Source: a phage
DNA: 64,000 nucleotides
Direction: 5' to 3' (one strand)
Sequence record: PV946933.1
Shown: piece after piece, positions 42,618-52,511 of the stretch
How positions within the stretch are numbered: the first letter of the stretch is position 1
How the letters are laid out: each line of letters begins with the position of its first letter
The notes under the pieces: generated by a model
The model's database searches: none
What the model was told of the DNA's origin: nothing
What the model saw: the letters and a program-made list of their open reading frames with translations, nothing else
Made by a program: the position numbers and the translations under genes

Positions 42618-43019
42618 ATGAAACGGTTGATAATTAAAAGATTGAATTTATTGATATGTTGTTTATGTGTAGTAGTTGCATACGGTTATTACGCAATTAA
42701 TGATTATATGCATTATAAAGATTATGATGTTACTGTAGTTAATACTATTACAGGAACACAAGGAAAGGGGTCTAGTTTATCGTTTATTGCTGTATATGAA
42801 CTCAAAGACGGTTATAGATTTAGTGAATATATTTCCCCAGAGATGTATTCTTCAATAGAAAAAGGTGATAATATTACTGTAAGTTTACGTCCTTTCGACG
42901 TAAAACAGACATGGTTTGATAATATTGTTTGGTTCTTTGGAATGGCATTAGTTCAATCTATATGTGGTACTTATATAGTCTGTTCAATCTTATTCCACGT
43001 AATTAGTAAAATTGAGTGA
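42618..43019 (+). CDS. Hypothetical membrane protein
   Basis: ORF track 133 aa; N- and C-terminal TM helices. Confidence 0.5.
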   Translation: MKRLIIKRLNLLICCLCVVVAYGYYAINDYMHYKDYDVTVVNTITGTQGKGSSLSFIAVYELKDGYRFSEYISPEMYSSIEKGDNITVSLRPFDVKQTWFDNIVWFFGMALVQSICGTYIVCSILFHVISKIE

Positions 43020-43082
43020 GGAAAATATGTCAGTAGTAATTAATAATGTCAATGCAGTAATTAAATCTTTAGTTAATAAAAA

Positions 43083-43916
43083 ATGATGAATGAATGGACT
43101 GTATTTCGTCGTGGAGAGCCAGATAAATTTTTTCATAGATTTAACCCAACTTTGGATTTGAATGTTATTGACAGAGATGTTCATGCCGAAATTTTAGATA
43201 AGTTTAAAGTTGATATTGGCTTTGGATTAGAAAAACATTTACAGCGAACAAGCGGATCTGGAATGAGTTTATCTAATCGCATTATGAAAGCCCTTAATAA
43301 AATTGGAGCGTTGTCTCGCATTAATGCGAGTGAAATCCTTCGTAATTATAATAAAGGATATGACCTTTATGGTCGACTAATGCCGAAGTTATCATTTGAC
43401 CAAATGATTGCAGATTTGTGGGAAAATCAGCGACGATTATTAGCATTAGGCGCTCGATTAGCTAAAGGTCTAGATAAACAAATGATTTTTAAGACCAATA
43501 ATACAGAAGACCTTAAATGCTTTAAATTTAGTATTCGTGGAGATGATTATTACATCAGAGCTCACTCTACAGATTATGTTAATATGGGGCATCATCTCTG
43601 TTTAGCTTTTGAAGTTTTAAAAGAAGCTGGAACGTTAGAATATTCATCTGGTGCTAAATGCCCGATTGGTTCAAATTGTATTTTGATTTATCGCCCGGAT
43701 GAATCCAGTTCAACTAAATTGCCTACGAAACCTGTACCAGTTCGTAGTAATGAAAAACATTCTGAACAAATTGATTATTTTAATAAGCAAATTGAAGAGC
43801 TGAATATTTCTATTCAACAGTATGACGATGAAATTTTCAGACTATCTGGATTGAGTAGTAAAGCTAAATCTGAGCGTGAAAAGTTAATTAAAATTGTTGA
43901 TTTACTTAAATCTTAA
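43083..43916 (+). CDS. Hypothetical protein with C-terminal coiled-coil tail (paralogue family member)
   Basis: ORF track 277 aa; C-terminal amphipathic helix. Confidence 0.5.
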   Translation: MMNEWTVFRRGEPDKFFHRFNPTLDLNVIDRDVHAEILDKFKVDIGFGLEKHLQRTSGSGMSLSNRIMKALNKIGALSRINASEILRNYNKGYDLYGRLMPKLSFDQMIADLWENQRRLLALGARLAKGLDKQMIFKTNNTEDLKCFKFSIRGDDYYIRAHSTDYVNMGHHLCLAFEVLKEAGTLEYSSGAKCPIGSNCILIYRPDESSSTKLPTKPVPVRSNEKHSEQIDYFNKQIEELNISIQQYDDEIFRLSGLSSKAKSEREKLIKIVDLLKS

Positions 43917-43924
43917 GGAACACC

Positions 43925-44953
43925 ATGAAAACTCGTTCTCAAATTGAAGATATGGTTCGTACTGCCAGTGATACTCGTAATGTTATGACATTTTTGTGTG
44001 AAAATAATTTAGACCCTGATAAAGTTAATCGTGCTATTCATCACTTTAAATATCTGAACAGCAGCGAATGGGTGCGTAATTTTAGCGAAGCGGGGTATAT
44101 TACACAAATGACGGCTCGTGAGCAGCTCACCGATTTCTGTAAAACTATTGATTATAAAAATCCTCTATTTGTTCAAGGCGTTGGTCAAAGTAAGGTCGAT
44201 TTATCATCTGGATTTTTCAATCCAAATCATTATCGTATTGAATGGAGATTTATTGCTCTGTTCCGTAGACAATTAAAGCAAATTTTATCAACTGCGAGTC
44301 GATTAAAAGGTTCTGATATTAACTTAAAGAATCTGAAATTTGATGGTTATACTCTTCAGATGGAAGTAAGACCATTAAAAGAAAATAATAGAACTGCACG
44401 AATTAGCTTTAAACCTAATACAAAAAATTCTCTTTCAATTTGCGAATGCCTTAAATCGCAGTTGACAGAAGCATTTAAGTATATGGATGTTGTTGCCGCT
44501 GTTCAGTCTAAGATTTTACCTCGTTTTGAGCGATTTAAATTAGACACAACAACATATGAACTTGATATGATCGTTTCATTTAAATACGATTTTTTGAGAA
44601 AGGACGAAGTCCCGCAAGAGAAAAAGCAGGAAGTGCAAGATAACTTAAATTTAAATTTATCCAATTACTCATCAAACGATCCTAAATTTTGGATGTATAG
44701 CTCAGGTAATGAAGATGCATGGAAATTCAATAAAGTGAATTTTCTTCCTGTTGAAAATCCGAGTCTTAAACCTGTTGAAAAATGGCATGCAGATGCGATT
44801 GAGAAGTCTCTTAAAGCAGTAGATGATGAACTCGTTAAAGCAACTAATGAAATGTTAGAAGTTGAAAAGGCGCTAGAAAAAGCTCAAGAAAAAGTCAAAA
44901 ATCTCACGAAGCAACGTTCTAAACTGAACAATGCACTAAATGCACTGAACTAG
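43925..44953 (+). CDS. Hypothetical protein with C-terminal coiled-coil tail (paralogue family member)
   Basis: ORF track 342 aa; C-terminus EVEKALEKAQEKVKNLTKQRSKLNNALNALN. Confidence 0.55.
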   Translation: MKTRSQIEDMVRTASDTRNVMTFLCENNLDPDKVNRAIHHFKYLNSSEWVRNFSEAGYITQMTAREQLTDFCKTIDYKNPLFVQGVGQSKVDLSSGFFNPNHYRIEWRFIALFRRQLKQILSTASRLKGSDINLKNLKFDGYTLQMEVRPLKENNRTARISFKPNTKNSLSICECLKSQLTEAFKYMDVVAAVQSKILPRFERFKLDTTTYELDMIVSFKYDFLRKDEVPQEKKQEVQDNLNLNLSNYSSNDPKFWMYSSGNEDAWKFNKVNFLPVENPSLKPVEKWHADAIEKSLKAVDDELVKATNEMLEVEKALEKAQEKVKNLTKQRSKLNNALNALN

Positions 44954-44982
44954 TTTACTTTGCCACAAGGATGTGGTATAAT
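44953..44982 (+). promoter_or_regulatory. T4-type early promoter (GTTTAC, 18 nt, TATAAT)
   Basis: Consensus -35/-10 upstream of ATG 45011. Confidence 0.5.
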
Positions 44983-45010
44983 GTTCTTACTTTCTACTGA
45001 GGAGATTAAT

Positions 45011-46012
45011 ATGACTCGTAACGAATATATCAAATCATTCAATAGCGTTATTGATGATAAAGCTATACCGATGTTTGGTCAAAATAGCGTTATTTCTATT
45101 ATCAATCAATGGCTCAATAGTGTTGACGCAAGTATTGTTTCTTCTGTTAAATTTATTCATGAAATTCGTAAAATTTCTAGCCGTGTAGATAAAGATGTTA
45201 TCAAGAAAACCTTTAAAGAGTCTCGTCTTCTTTCATATTTGGTTAATCGGGATATTCTTGGTAATTTTGGGAAAGAAATTAAACGAACCAAAGATGTAGT
45301 AGGATATAATTGGTTCGGTGATGTTAATTCTTATCATCTTAATAATAAAGAAGACCCTGAGAATATTTTTACTCGTCGTTGGATTAGTAATTTCAGGCTT
45401 TTCAAAGGACAGATTCTAAAATCAGCTTCTAAATTATGTTATGGCGATTATCGTCAAATTCATCCTTTGGCTTCTGATATGATCATCATAAAAGAATATG
45501 AACTTGATAAAAATAAAGTAGCTATTTTTGTGAATTATGGATTTTTTACACCAGAAACTAACCAAAAGAACATTAATAAATTTTTCTCAATTGCTAGCAC
45601 TATAACTCGTCAATTAGAAACCGCATTACTTTGTATGGAAACAGTAGAAAATATTCATACGTATCCTTTTAAGAATATATGCGGTTGGGAAGGATATAAA
45701 ATTGTAGTTAGTCTTCGTGAAGTGAAATGTGCTTATTCATTAACTGATAAAGAAATTTATCAACAAAAATGTGAGGAAATTGTGAATACTCCTAAAGAAG
45801 AAACTACACTTGAGGAACTAATGGATAATCTTGACGATTCGCCTGAACCAGTAGAAATTCGTCCAGAAGTTATTGCACTAGAAAAAGCTTATAAAGAAGC
45901 TCTAGAAATTTCTAATAAAGCGCAGAAAGAATATGAGCAGGCTAAAAGGATTTGGGAAGAATCTGTTAATCGTCTGGATCGTCTTGAACAAGCTTTACAG
46001 TTAATTAAGTAA
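45011..46012 (+). CDS. Hypothetical protein with C-terminal coiled-coil tail (paralogue family member)
   Basis: ORF track frame 44960..46012; start downstream of promoter at MTRNEYIKSF after GAGGAG RBS. Confidence 0.55.
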   Translation: MTRNEYIKSFNSVIDDKAIPMFGQNSVISIINQWLNSVDASIVSSVKFIHEIRKISSRVDKDVIKKTFKESRLLSYLVNRDILGNFGKEIKRTKDVVGYNWFGDVNSYHLNNKEDPENIFTRRWISNFRLFKGQILKSASKLCYGDYRQIHPLASDMIIIKEYELDKNKVAIFVNYGFFTPETNQKNINKFFSIASTITRQLETALLCMETVENIHTYPFKNICGWEGYKIVVSLREVKCAYSLTDKEIYQQKCEEIVNTPKEETTLEELMDNLDDSPEPVEIRPEVIALEKAYKEALEISNKAQKEYEQAKRIWEESVNRLDRLEQALQLIK

Positions 46013-46064
46013 TTTAAAGCCAAGGATGGCTCGGAGTATAAATCATTAACCAAGTGAGAAGAAC

Positions 46065-46994
46065 ATGAAAACTCGTAAACATTATATTGATTATTTTGAC
46101 AGTCTTATTACTAAACATCGTAATTATCAGATCGGACACAGAGCAGTAATCAATAATATTCTTCGTGATTTCCTTCAATATGTTGGCCAGGAAAATCATA
46201 TCTGTAAAGATACTCAAAACGCCTATTCTCATTCATTAGGCAATTTGCTTCAATGGTTTAAACGTTCTCGTCTGTTATCTTCTACTGTAGCTCGTGATAA
46301 CATTGAAAACTTTATGAAGCCGAGCTTCATTAAATCTACGACATCTATAACCGATTTGGTTGAATTTACTATTGTTAACGATGTTAAAAAGACCCATTTG
46401 GCTGATTGGTTATCTACCATTCCTGAAACTAAATTTGCTGATAAATTCGCCTGTCAATTCAATGACCAAGTGAATATGCTTTTTAAGCATGCTCGCAAAC
46501 TGTTTACCGCGGGTGATGACCGTACAAATACAGTTCATGTTAAGGACTGGGTTATTGCTGATGAAGTAACACACAAGCCAGGTGGTTCATCAGTATTAAT
46601 TAATATCCAGGTTCCTTATTATTACTCACGTAATCTCGGCACCATGACAGCTAGAGAAATTAATAAGCACAACAAAACTATTCGTTCGTTGTCTTATAAA
46701 CTCCGCATGATGCTAAAAATTATGGATGTAGTGGAAATGTATGATGAAACCGAAGATAATGGTTCAATGCTGTACAGTTCACGCATTCTAATTAAACTGA
46801 AGAACCCTAATACGTATAAGCCAGTTGTAAAAGAACCTAAAGTAGAAAAGGTTGATAACTTGAGCGAAGAACGTGAATATCTCAATGCTCGTTTGATTGA
46901 AGTTGAAGCCCAGATTGCCGAACACACTAAATTGTTAAAAGCTCTTAATGCAAAAGCAAATGGTTTACGTAATGCTATTGAGGTATTGAAATGA
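46065..46994 (+). CDS. Hypothetical protein with C-terminal coiled-coil tail (paralogue family member)
   Basis: ORF track 309 aa; C-terminus [31 protein letters not shown]. Confidence 0.55.
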   Translation: MKTRKHYIDYFDSLITKHRNYQIGHRAVINNILRDFLQYVGQENHICKDTQNAYSHSLGNLLQWFKRSRLLSSTVARDNIENFMKPSFIKSTTSITDLVEFTIVNDVKKTHLADWLSTIPETKFADKFACQFNDQVNMLFKHARKLFTAGDDRTNTVHVKDWVIADEVTHKPGGSSVLINIQVPYYYSRNLGTMTAREINKHNKTIRSLSYKLRMMLKIMDVVEMYDETEDNGSMLYSSRILIKLKNPNTYKPVVKEPKVEKVDNLSEEREYLNARLIEVEAQIAEHTKLLKALNAKANGLRNAIEVLK

Positions 46995-47308
46995 AAAAGC
47001 GCTTATTAGAAGATATTGCAGCTTCAAGTAATTCCAGTCTAATTAAAATTATTATGGCTGGTGAAGAAGACGATCTAGAAATGCGTGGAAAGATTCATGG
47101 TTGTGACGATCTAGACTTTAAACCTCCTGCTTGGGATGCCATTATGGCTATGGTTGAACGTCGCGAAAGGGCTTCTAAAAACGTTCCTAATTGTCCTGAA
47201 TGCGGTACTGAACAGGTTCAATTAGTCCATTGGCAGACTAGTAATCTTCGTTATAAATGCCGTCATTGCAAACACCGATTTAACCGAGAAGAAAATGACA
47301 AAGCGTAA
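46991..47308 (+). CDS. Hypothetical zinc-ribbon protein
   Basis: ORF track 105 aa; CPECG...CRHC four-Cys motif. Confidence 0.5.
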
Positions 47309-47537
47309 AGAATATATGGAGACTGCTGAAAAGGCAGTCCGTGAATTAGCAATAGCGTATTATAATGAACACGGTAAATTTCCTGATAGATATAGCGTGC
47401 TTAAATCTGCTTTAACTCGTTCATATAAAAATATGCTATCAGAAGTAAGTGATATTATATACAAACATAAAGAACAAACGGGCCAAAGTCTTGATTACGA
47501 CGAGACTTTTAAACAAGTACTAGGAATTAAGGAATAA
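47295..47537 (+). CDS. Hypothetical protein
   Basis: ORF track 80 aa. Confidence 0.5.
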
Positions 47538-47538
47538 C

Positions 47539-47802
47539 ATGTTTAAAGTATATGGTTATGATAGCAACATCCACAAATGCGTGTATTGCGATAATGCAAA
47601 ACGTCTCTTGACTGTGAAGAAACAGCCGTTTGAATTTATCAACATTATGCCAGAAAAAGGTGTTTTTGATGATGAGAAAATCGCTGAGCTTCTGACTAAA
47701 CTGGGTCGTGATACTCAAATTGGTTTGACGATGCCTCAGGTATTTGCTCCTGATGGAAGTCATATTGGTGGATTTGACCAATTGCGGGAATACTTTAAAT
47801 GA
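47539..47802 (+). CDS. nrdC: Thioredoxin (glutaredoxin-like) NrdC
   Basis: ORF track 87 aa; CVYC active site; recognised as T4 NrdC. Confidence 0.9.
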   Translation: MFKVYGYDSNIHKCVYCDNAKRLLTVKKQPFEFINIMPEKGVFDDEKIAELLTKLGRDTQIGLTMPQVFAPDGSHIGGFDQLREYFK

Positions 47803-48014
47803 TGCTTGAAGGAACTGATTATATCCATGACTACCGCGGAAGCGCGGTATATGTAGGTGATGAGGTTGCAGTTTATTACGGGTATGGAACTTTGATGACA
47901 GCAAATGTTATTCAAATTAAAAATGGCCGCGCTAAACTCGAAGTTTATTATTCTAACGGTGAAAAGTCTATTTCTAAATGGAAATATGGCGATTGTATGG
48001 TCAAACTGGGGTAA
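47799..48014 (+). CDS. Hypothetical protein
   Basis: ORF track 71 aa; ATGA overlap with nrdC stop. Confidence 0.45.
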   Translation: MMLEGTDYIHDYRGSAVYVGDEVAVYYGYGTLMTANVIQIKNGRAKLEVYYSNGEKSISKWKYGDCMVKLG

Positions 48015-48016
48015 AT

Positions 48017-48325
48017 ATGATTTACGATGTTGATGCAGTTCTGAGTGAAATCATTGAAGACCATGATGCATTTTCAGAAAACTATGATTTCGATTTTTCC
48101 GATTATCTTAAACCTATCGAAATAGAAGACTGGGTGCAAGACGGCAAATGTCAATATCGGCAGTGTGTTTATTTTAGCCCAAAACATAATGTACATGTTT
48201 CCGTAAATGAATGCCGTTCAGGTTCTTACCATTCTGACTGGTATTATGCAGTTCCGACTGTTGAACTAGTCGAGCCCCGTGAACGTGTAGTAACTCAGAC
48301 AATACGAGAATGGATTACGCTATAA
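48017..48325 (+). CDS. Hypothetical protein
   Basis: ORF track frame 47978..48325; start at ATG after GGGG RBS (MIYDVDAVL). Confidence 0.45.
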   Translation: MIYDVDAVLSEIIEDHDAFSENYDFDFSDYLKPIEIEDWVQDGKCQYRQCVYFSPKHNVHVSVNECRSGSYHSDWYYAVPTVELVEPRERVVTQTIREWITL

Positions 48326-48448
48326 AACCTTGGTGGGCGGCTAGATGGGAAACAGTAGAGCCAGAGCCGGAAGAACCGGTTTACACTGATGAAGAAACAG
48401 TATATAATGAACCTACAATAAATGACTTAATTGATATGGAGATGGGAC

Positions 48449-48895
48449 ATGATTACAGTAGATAAGTGGTTTAGAATTAATCGTGCTGATAAAGGGCTGT
48501 GTAATTATTGGTCGGAACTTAGTGCAGGTACTGTCTTTAAAGTTCGTGAACTTGCAAAAGAATGCGAAGATGACATAGAACCTGATACTGGAATTATTGA
48601 AATTGAACTTTCTGACGGAAAGGTTATTAATATCTACGATAAGCCAATTACGTATTGGTGCTTGTGGAATACTGAATCAGTAGAAAATGGCGAAATTGAA
48701 GAAGTTGTAGAACGAGTTGATCAAGCTATTCATAAACCTAAAGCCGCTTTTCAAGGTGAACGCATTTCATATGCATTAGCTAAATTAGCTGCACAAGAAA
48801 ATAACGATGGTTATGAAGGAAATTTGATGCAAGCTGCGGCAGAATATATTGAATGGCTTGAAACTCAAATTTCTTTTTCTGACCGAGCGTTTTAA
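48449..48895 (+). CDS. Hypothetical protein
   Basis: ORF track frame 48431..48895 (TTG); first ATG chosen (MITVDKWFRIN). Confidence 0.45.
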   Translation: MITVDKWFRINRADKGLCNYWSELSAGTVFKVRELAKECEDDIEPDTGIIEIELSDGKVINIYDKPITYWCLWNTESVENGEIEEVVERVDQAIHKPKAAFQGERISYALAKLAAQENNDGYEGNLMQAAAEYIEWLETQISFSDRAF

Positions 48896-49071
48896 TGAAA
48901 ACTGAATTGGTTTATACTGAAAAGTTAAATGGTGGTAAGGTTTGGAAACTTTTTATTAAAGGAAGTCCTACCGACTCTAATATGACCACTTGTGTAGGAA
49001 CTTGTTCTCGTCCTACTAAAAAGATGATTCGGCAATATAAGCGATTGCATCGAATGTTTTACAATACTTGA
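48895..49071 (+). CDS. Small hypothetical protein (58 aa, below ORF-track cutoff)
   Basis: Hand-translated MKTELVYTEKLNGGKVWKLFIKGSPTDSNMTTCVGTCSRPTKK...; TAATG overlap; coordinates +/-1. Confidence 0.35.
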   Translation: MKTELVYTEKLNGGKVWKLFIKGSPTDSNMTTCVGTCSRPTKKMIRQYKRLHRMFYNT

Positions 49072-49082
49072 AAATAATAAAT

Positions 49083-49112
49083 ACCCTTATCTATTTAAGG
49101 TAAGGGTTTATT
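49083..49112 (+). promoter_or_regulatory. RBS-sequestering hairpin upstream of gene 49 (ACCCTTA pairs with TAAGGGT containing the Shine-Dalgarno), with late-promoter-like AATAAATA
   Basis: 7-bp inverted repeat ends 6 nt before the ATG; ATAAATACC motif resembles the gene e late-promoter region. Confidence 0.45.
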
Positions 49113-49586
49113 ATGTTATTGACTGGCAAATTATACAAAGAAGAAAAACAAAAATTTTATAATGCACAAAACGGTAAATGCTTAATTTGCCAACGAGAAC
49201 TAAATCCTGATGTTCAAGCTAATCACCTTGACCATGACCATGAATTAAATGGACCGAAAGCTGGAAAGGTACGTGGGTTGCTTTGTAATCTCTGCAATGC
49301 TGCAGAAGGTCAAATGAAACATAAATTTAATCGTTCTGGTTTAAAGGGACAAGGTGTTGATTATCTTGAATGGTTAGAAAATTTACTTACTTATTTAAAA
49401 TCCGATTACACCCAAAATAATATTCACCCTAACTTTGTTGGAGATAAATCAAAGGAATTTTCTCGTTTGGGAAAAGAGGAAATGATGGCTGAGATGCTTC
49501 AAAGAGGATTTGAATATAATGAATCTGACACCAAAACACAATTAATAGCTTCATTTAAGAAGCAGCTTAGAAAGAGTTTAAAATGA
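49113..49586 (+). CDS. 49: Recombination endonuclease VII (Holliday junction resolvase)
   Basis: ORF track 157 aa; MLLTGKLYKEEKQKFY...CLICQRELNPDVQANHLDHDHELNGPKAGKVRGLLCNLCNAAEG zinc-binding H-N-H-like core; recognised as T4 gp49. Confidence 0.9.
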   Translation: MLLTGKLYKEEKQKFYNAQNGKCLICQRELNPDVQANHLDHDHELNGPKAGKVRGLLCNLCNAAEGQMKHKFNRSGLKGQGVDYLEWLENLLTYLKSDYTQNNIHPNFVGDKSKEFSRLGKEEMMAEMLQRGFEYNESDTKTQLIASFKKQLRKSLK

Positions 49587-51400
49587 CAATTGAAAAAGAA
49601 ATTGAAGGATTGATTCATAAAACTAATAAAGACCTTTTAAACGAGAATGCTAATAAAGATTCTCGTGTTTTTCCAACTCAACGGGACCTTATGGCTGGTA
49701 TTGTGTCTAAACACATTGCCAAAAATATGGTCCCGTCTTTTATTATGAAAGCGCATGAAAGCGGAATTATCCATTTCCACGATATTGATTATTCCCCTGC
49801 TCTTCCATTTACTAATTGTTGTTTAGTAGATTTAAAAGGAATGCTTGAGAACGGATTTAAGCTCGGTAATGCACAGATTGAAACTCCTAAATCAATCGGC
49901 GTTGCTACTGCAATTATGGCACAAATTACTGCGCAGGTTGCTTCTCATCAATATGGTGGAACGACTTTTGCGAATGTAGATAAAGTACTTTCTCCTTATG
50001 TTAAACGCACCTATGCAAAACATATTGAGGATGCAGAAAAATGGCAAATCGCTGATGCGTTGAATTATGCCCAATCTAAAACAGAAAAAGACGTATACGA
50101 TGCATTCCAAGCTTATGAATATGAAGTAAATACTCTCTTTAGTTCAAACGGACAAACGCCTTTTGTAACAATTACATTTGGTACGGGAACTGACTGGACT
50201 GAACGGATGATTCAGAAAGCAATTCTGAAAAATCGTATTAAAGGTCTCGGTCGTGATGGGATAACTCCTATTTTCCCTAAACTTGTTATGTTCGTTGAAG
50301 AAGGTGTTAATCTTTATAAAGACGATCCGAACTATGATATTAAGCAGCTTGCTCTAGAGTGTGCAAGCAAAAGAATGTATCCTGACATCATTTCGGCTAA
50401 GAACAATAAAGCTATCACAGGTTCATCTATTCCTGTTTCTCCAATGGGTTGCCGTAGTTTCTTGAGCGTATGGAAAGATTCGACTGGTAATGAAATTCTT
50501 GATGGACGTAATAATCTTGGCGTTGTAACACTGAATCTTCCTCGCATTGCGTTAGATTCTTATATTGGAACACAATTCAATGAACAGAAATTTGCCGAAT
50601 TGTTCAATGAACGAATGGATTTATGTTTTGAAGCATTGATGTGTAGAATAAGTTCCTTAAAAGGAGTTAAAGCGACTGTTGCTCCTATTCTTTATCAAGA
50701 AGGTGCATTCGGGGTTCGTCTTAAACCTGATGACGATATAATTGAGTTATTTAAAAACGGTAGAAGTTCAGTGTCCCTAGGATACATTGGTATTCACGAA
50801 TTGAATATTCTTGTCGGTCGTGATATTGGACAAGAAATTTTAACTAAAATGAATGCTCGTCTTAAGCAGTGGACTGAAAGAACCGGATTTGCTTTTAGTT
50901 TGTATTCTACTCCTGCTGAAAACCTGTGCTATCGCTTCTGTAAACTTGATACCGAAAAATATGGAAGTGTAAAGGATGTTACTGATAAAGGCTGGTACAC
51001 TAACAGTTTCCACGTTTCAGTAGAAGAAAATATTACTCCGTTTGAAAAGATTTCTCGCGAAGCCCCGTATCATTTCATTGCAACAGGTGGTCACATTTCT
51101 TATGTTGAACTTCCTGATATGAAAAATAACCTAAAAGGTCTTGAGGCTGTATGGGATTATGCTGCACAACATTTAGATTATTTTGGTGTTAATATGCCAG
51201 TAGATAAATGTTTTACATGCGGAAGTACCCATGAAATGACTCCTACTGAAAACGGATTTGTTTGTTCTATTTGTGGAGAAACTGATCCTAAAAAGATGAA
51301 CACCATAAGAAGAACTTGCGGTTATTTGGGAAATCCGAACGAGCGCGGATTTAATCTTGGCAAAAATAAAGAAATCATGCATAGGGTTAAACACCAATGA
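49583..51400 (+). CDS. nrdD: Anaerobic ribonucleoside-triphosphate reductase NrdD (intron-less)
   Basis: ORF track 605 aa single frame; C-terminal glycyl-radical motif RRTCGYLG and Zn ribbon CFTCG...CSICG. Confidence 0.95.
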   Translation: MTIEKEIEGLIHKTNKDLLNENANKDSRVFPTQRDLMAGIVSKHIAKNMVPSFIMKAHESGIIHFHDIDYSPALPFTNCCLVDLKGMLENGFKLGNAQIETPKSIGVATAIMAQITAQVASHQYGGTTFANVDKVLSPYVKRTYAKHIEDAEKWQIADALNYAQSKTEKDVYDAFQAYEYEVNTLFSSNGQTPFVTITFGTGTDWTERMIQKAILKNRIKGLGRDGITPIFPKLVMFVEEGVNLYKDDPNYDIKQLALECASKRMYPDIISAKNNKAITGSSIPVSPMGCRSFLSVWKDSTGNEILDGRNNLGVVTLNLPRIALDSYIGTQFNEQKFAELFNERMDLCFEALMCRISSLKGVKATVAPILYQEGAFGVRLKPDDDIIELFKNGRSSVSLGYIGIHELNILVGRDIGQEILTKMNARLKQWTERTGFAFSLYSTPAENLCYRFCKLDTEKYGSVKDVTDKGWYTNSFHVSVEENITPFEKISREAPYHFIATGGHISYVELPDMKNNLKGLEAVWDYAAQHLDYFGVNMPVDKCFTCGSTHEMTPTENGFVCSICGETDPKKMNTIRRTCGYLGNPNERGFNLGKNKEIMHRVKHQ

Positions 51401-51867
51401 ATTACGATAGATTTTATCCCTGCGATTTTGTAAATGGCCCTGGATGCAGGGTCGTTCTTTTCGTTACGGGGTGTTTGCATAAATGTGAAGGGTGTTATAA
51501 TAAATCAACATGGAATGCTAGAAATGGCGTTCCATTCACTGGTGAAACACTAGAACAATTAATTGAATGTTTGAATAATGATTATATAGAAGGATTAACT
51601 ATAACTGGAGGAGACCCTCTTTATCCTGATAACCGAGATGCTGTTCATTGCATTGTTCAAACGGTAAAAAATCTTTATCCAAATAAAAGCATTTGGTTGT
51701 GGACAGGGTACAAGTTTGAAGATATTAAACAACTAGAAATGCTTAAATATGTTGATGTTATTATTGATGGGAAGTATGAGAAAAATCTTCCGACCAAAAA
51801 GCTGTGGCGAGGTTCAGATAATCAGCGACTTTGGTCAAATACCGATGGGGTGTGGAAACATGATTAA
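51397..51867 (+). CDS. nrdG: Anaerobic ribonucleotide reductase activating enzyme NrdG (radical SAM)
   Basis: ORF track 156 aa; CxxxCxxC (CLHKCEGC); ATGA overlap with nrdD stop. Confidence 0.9.
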   Translation: MNYDRFYPCDFVNGPGCRVVLFVTGCLHKCEGCYNKSTWNARNGVPFTGETLEQLIECLNNDYIEGLTITGGDPLYPDNRDAVHCIVQTVKNLYPNKSIWLWTGYKFEDIKQLEMLKYVDVIIDGKYEKNLPTKKLWRGSDNQRLWSNTDGVWKHD

Positions 51868-51981
51868 ACTGAATTATATTATTGATACTATAAATGATAT
51901 GATTTTTCATTTTGGTCCAGAATTTTATTCGCAGTATAGTTTAGTACTTATCAATGCTTGGTTAATCAATTAAGGGTAAAT

Positions 51982-52197
51982 ATGTATAAATTTCGTAAAG
52001 GTTTAGCTGATTTTCTTACAACTGTAACGTTCTTTTTGTTTATGGCAGTTGGAGCTATTTTCCTTATTCCTTTTATTGCTATATTTTTCGTGATTAGCTT
52101 AATTTCTCCAGAAAAAGGCTTATCTTCTAGTGAGTTCAATGAGCGTCTGGATAAAATTACTAACAAACTGAATGCTGTTCTTGATAAAAAGGCTTAA
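51982..52197 (+). CDS. Small membrane protein
   Basis: ORF track frame 51958..52197; start at ATG after AAGGG RBS; TM helix TVTFFLFMAVGAIFLIPFIAIFFVISLI. Confidence 0.45.
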   Translation: MYKFRKGLADFLTTVTFFLFMAVGAIFLIPFIAIFFVISLISPEKGLSSSEFNERLDKITNKLNAVLDKKA

Positions 52198-52199
52198 TT

Positions 52200-52511
52200 G
52201 TGATTAGTTTTGAGCGGTATGTGGTAGAGAGTTGGAAGGGTTTTGATATGTTCGGTAATGACTATTATTTCTATGAATGTAGTCTAAATCCTAGTTTTTG
52301 GGCTGGACGAGAACGAGAACTTGAAGAAATTAATAACCGTGCTGAATTGTTAGGTGAATTACCTACGGTTTATTTTACCTTTGATGCATCTGGATTTGTT
52401 ATCCAGGTTTATTTTCCTGAAGAAAATTCTGGCGATGATTCTGTTAACCCGCCATACTGGGCTTATCAAGGAATTATTTCTCGTGGAACAAAACTCGAAC
52501 TTAAAGAATAA
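52200..52511 (+). CDS. Hypothetical protein (start uncertain: GTG at 52200 or internal ATG at 52248)
   Basis: ORF track 103 aa; overlaps start region of nrdH. Confidence 0.45.
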   Translation: MISFERYVVESWKGFDMFGNDYYFYECSLNPSFWAGRERELEEINNRAELLGELPTVYFTFDASGFVIQVYFPEENSGDDSVNPPYWAYQGIISRGTKLELKE

